Shown here one piece after another: positions 61,324 through 64,000 of a stretch of 64,000 nucleotides of DNA (position 1 is its first letter; the number at the start of each line of letters is the position of its first letter). The stretch spans positions 1,305 to 65,304 of the forward strand of contig CAZUUH010000001.1 of assembly GCA_964623415.1 (NCBI GenBank), given 5' to 3'. The stretch comes from an uncultured Candidatus Saccharibacteria bacterium. GTDB lineage: Bacteria; Patescibacteriota; Minisyncoccia; Phycocordibacterales; UBA9973. The notes beneath the pieces are model-generated. The model did no database searches. It had not been told where the DNA came from and saw only the letters and a program-made list of their open reading frames with translations. The position numbers and the translations under genes are program-made.

Positions 61324-61332
61324 AATATATTT

Positions 61333-62571
61333 TTATTCTTCAGAAGGTCCCAAAAGAGCTTCTTTTGTATATCTATTGCTTGGATCCCAAAGCATCCAAG
61401 AATCAATACCATTATCGTAAACAGCCTTAATTTGAGCTCTTATCATATCCTTAGTATATGTTGCCCCTAAATCAAAATCTTGTAACCATGGCCTAATCTC
61501 AGCTATTTTAGAGACACTTAGGAGCATTCCCTTGGCAATTCCACTCTCCAAAGCCCTATCTATAACCTCATATGGATATAGAGCTGGATTTGTATAACCA
61601 GCGTGACCTTTTGGATAATGAGATGGGTATACCATAGGGCATAAATAATCAAAATAAGGTAAAGCTCTTTCCCATACTTGGCCTATACCCATATCATCCC
61701 AAGCTTCAGTTGTTAGACCAAAAACATCTCCAGAAATAGGAATATCATTTTCTTTTTTAATTTCGGAAGATAAATATTTAAAGAATAACTCAATATTATC
61801 TGCACGAGTCATACCTTCTTTTAAATTATAATTTATATCTTTAATATTCCCATCAGATGGATATCTTATATAATCAAAATTTATCTCATCAAAACCTACA
61901 TCATAAGATTCCTTAGCAATTCTTAAAGTATAATCCCATACTTCTTGACTCGTTGGATCAAGGAATGATAAACCTTTTTTATCTTTCCAAACACCACCAT
62001 CACTTAGTTTCTTCACAGCCCACTCTGGTTTTAATTTAGTAAGATACGGGTCTTGAAAAACAGAAATTCTGCCTATTATATATATACCCTTAGAATGTAA
62101 AAGTGATGTAATCTCACGAATATTTTTAATACGTTTTTCTACACTACCTATCTCTTTAACAAGAGGATCATTCATTTCAAAAGCAACTCTCCCTGTTGAA
62201 TCTTTAATATCAATAACAACTGCATTTAGCTCTGTCTCATCTATCATTTTAAGAAGAGAGTTACGAAAATCTTTTGAACCAGCAACCCAAGATGACATAT
62301 ATAAAGCCTTTACCTTAAGAGGAGTCCCCATGTGGGTAACGGGTATTTCTAATTCCTTGTTTATTAACTCTTCTTTATCTGCAGATTCTGCTAGTTTTTG
62401 GTAATCAAATATTTCTACTTCTGTATTTTTAGTATTATTTAAATCATACTCAACTTTATTTACAGCAATTGGATATATTTCAGGTAATAAAAAATAAATA
62501 ACCCCTCCAGATAAAACTAAAATGAGGATAATAATTAAGAAATTTTTCTTGTGTATTTTTTTAAAAGACAT
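61333..62571 (-). CDS. Putative glycoside hydrolase (DUF4015-like TIM barrel), membrane-anchored
   Basis: ELNAVVIDIKD, RISVFQD, GFDEINFDYIRYP, PMVYPSHY, RPWLQDF. Confidence 0.8.
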   Translation of the reverse strand: MSFKKIHKKNFLIIILILVLSGGVIYFLLPEIYPIAVNKVEYDLNNTKNTEVEIFDYQKLAESADKEELINKELEIPVTHMGTPLKVKALYMSSWVAGSKDFRNSLLKMIDETELNAVVIDIKDSTGRVAFEMNDPLVKEIGSVEKRIKNIREITSLLHSKGIYIIGRISVFQDPYLTKLKPEWAVKKLSDGGVWKDKKGLSFLDPTSQEVWDYTLRIAKESYDVGFDEINFDYIRYPSDGNIKDINYNLKEGMTRADNIELFFKYLSSEIKKENDIPISGDVFGLTTEAWDDMGIGQVWERALPYFDYLCPMVYPSHYPKGHAGYTNPALYPYEVIDRALESGIAKGMLLSVSKIAEIRPWLQDFDLGATYTKDMIRAQIKAVYDNGIDSWMLWDPSNRYTKEALLGPSEE

Positions 62572-62574
62572 ATT

Positions 62575-62790
62575 TTATTTGTTAATATCTATATTATCAA
62601 CGAAAGTCTTACTGCGTTCAGAATTATTGGCAATACGAATCTTTACTTCAAGATAAAACAAATAAGAAACATACATAATTAAAAACCCTGTAATAACAAA
62701 TAGAACTTTCCTCCAAGAATTTGGAAAACCTAAAAATGGTAAAATCATTACCCATAAACCTATAATAAATAAAGTTTTTTCTTTTCTCAT
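62575..62790 (-). CDS. Small two-TM membrane protein
   Basis: IGLWVMILPFLGFPNSW; in-operon spacing. Confidence 0.65.
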   Translation of the reverse strand: MRKEKTLFIIGLWVMILPFLGFPNSWRKVLFVITGFLIMYVSYLFYLEVKIRIANNSERSKTFVDNIDINK

Positions 62791-62808
62791 TATCTTATTA
62801 TATCTTAT

Positions 62809-63498
62809 TTATTTAGGCTCCACAATAACCACGAATTCACCTTTTTGTTTTTCTTTATTTTCTAAAAAATAATTCAGCAATTCTTCTGCTTTACCTGAAA
62901 CAAATTGCTCAAATTGTTTTGTTAATTCCCTACCAATAACAATATTTTTGTTAGGAGAATATATTTTCAAAGACTCAAGTGTTTTAATTATACGGTGAGT
63001 TGACTCGTAAAAAACATTTACTCTCTTTGAAGAAGCTATTTCTTTAAAGAGAGTTTCTCTGCCCTTTTTATGTGGCAAAAAACCCAAAAAAATAAATTCT
63101 GCAGAAGACACCCCGCTTGCACAAAGTGCTGTAACTAGTGCACTTGGACCAGGTATAGGAACAATTTTTGCATCTTTACCAAATGCTTTACGAATATTTG
63201 AAATAAGCATAACTCCTGGATCAGATATCGTTGGTGTACCTGCATCAGAAACCAGAGCAACATCTTTCCCGTCTTTAAGCATATTTATGATTCTTGATTC
63301 TCTTCCATCTGTAGCATGAGCATTGTAACTCATTGTAAGATTAGAAATACTGTATTTTTCAAGTAAAACTTTAGTTGTTCTTGTATCTTCACACAATACA
63401 ACATCAACTTCTTTAAGAATACGAAGAGCTCGAAGAGTAATATCTTCCAAATTTCCTATCGGTGTCGCAACTATATATAAAGTCCCTAAGTCTTCCAT
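62809..63498 (-). CDS. rsmI: 16S rRNA C1402 2'-O-methyltransferase
   Basis: LYIVATPIGNLEDIT, CEDTR, VSDAGTPTISDPG, YESTHR, KGEFV; start trimmed to ATG 63498. Confidence 0.96.
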   Translation of the reverse strand: MEDLGTLYIVATPIGNLEDITLRALRILKEVDVVLCEDTRTTKVLLEKYSISNLTMSYNAHATDGRESRIINMLKDGKDVALVSDAGTPTISDPGVMLISNIRKAFGKDAKIVPIPGPSALVTALCASGVSSAEFIFLGFLPHKKGRETLFKEIASSKRVNVFYESTHRIIKTLESLKIYSPNKNIVIGRELTKQFEQFVSGKAEELLNYFLENKEKQKGEFVVIVEPK

Positions 63499-63518
63499 AA
63501 TTTTATTATAACACAAAA

Positions 63519-63546
63519 AAGGTGCTGACTTAGAGCCAGCACCTTC
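63519..63546 (-). terminator. Terminator upstream of rsmI
   Basis: AAGGTGCTG-N9-CAGCACCTT with an A run on its left (T run on the minus strand). Confidence 0.6.
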
Positions 63547-63561
63547 TCCTATAGATTAGTT

Positions 63562-63762
63562 TTATCCTAATTTCTTCTTTTTAGGGAATATACTCCTTAT
63601 CAGAGCTCCCGCAAAAAACAAAGTTACTAATGTTACGATTGCAAAGAAAATCGCAACGATTAAGTCTTTGTTAAATTCCTTAAAAACAATGCTACCAGTA
63701 TAAATACTAATAGCAAGACAACAAAAAGAAAAAGAAATTTTCTCTATTGTTTTCATGGTCAT
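63562..63762 (-). CDS. Small two-TM hypothetical protein
   Basis: 66-aa hydrophobic ORF ending just before the terminator. Confidence 0.5.
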   Translation of the reverse strand: MTMKTIEKISFSFCCLAISIYTGSIVFKEFNKDLIVAIFFAIVTLVTLFFAGALIRSIFPKKKKLG

Positions 63763-63771
63763 TGGTTTTGG

Positions 63772-63972
63772 TTACAAAAAAATTCTATCTAAAAAAGAAT
63801 TTAGAACCATTGCATTCTCATTAAATGCTTGTTTTATTCTTCTAAAGAAGGTGTTCTTCTTTTTAGATTCCAACATCGTAAAAAACAATGTGGAAATTAC
63901 CATAATAATCCAAATTACACAAAAGAAATAAAATTCTTTTTTCTTTTGTAAAAAAATGGTTAAAGTAACCAT
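63772..63972 (-). CDS. Possible small hypothetical membrane protein
   Basis: 66-aa ORF in tandem with the next one; no motif; at the window edge. Confidence 0.3.
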   Translation of the reverse strand: MVTLTIFLQKKKEFYFFCVIWIIMVISTLFFTMLESKKKNTFFRRIKQAFNENAMVLNSFLDRIFL

Positions 63973-64000
63973 TGAATTAAATCCCGCTATAAAAGTTCCT

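Overview
AT-rich bacterial chromosome segment in the standard genetic code (long intact ORFs, TAA/TAG stops). Its reduced gene set, trimmed proteins and mostly leaderless genes are typical of Patescibacteria/CPR (Parcubacteria-like; inference). Most of it is housekeeping: infA-rpmJ-rpsMKD-rpoA-rplQ-rplM-rpsI, grpE/dnaK/dnaJ, aminoacyl-tRNA synthetases, recR/dnaB/rarA, scpAB, mraY-ftsW-murG, a glycolysis/non-oxidative pentose phosphate cluster, a full F1Fo ATP synthase operon, tRNA-Leu(TAA) and tRNA-Ile(GAT). The standout region is 11.4-19.5 kb, a self-contained aspartate-semialdehyde-dependent spermidine pathway (speA, asd, lysC, carboxyspermidine dehydrogenase, nspC, speB). At its divergence point lies a small wHTH + Cas2/PaaX-like gene enclosed by a perfect 36-bp inverted repeat whose copies are each palindromic. 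A second gene of the same family interrupts grpE-dnaK and has its own palindrome with the same ACA-N24-TGT geometry over two back-to-back promoters. Also noted: a CPxCG zinc-finger microprotein missing from the ORF track, a barrel-only pyruvate kinase, an FtsA-like/baseplate-J-like gene pair and several structured leaders. All calls were made by eye from motifs; no searches were run.
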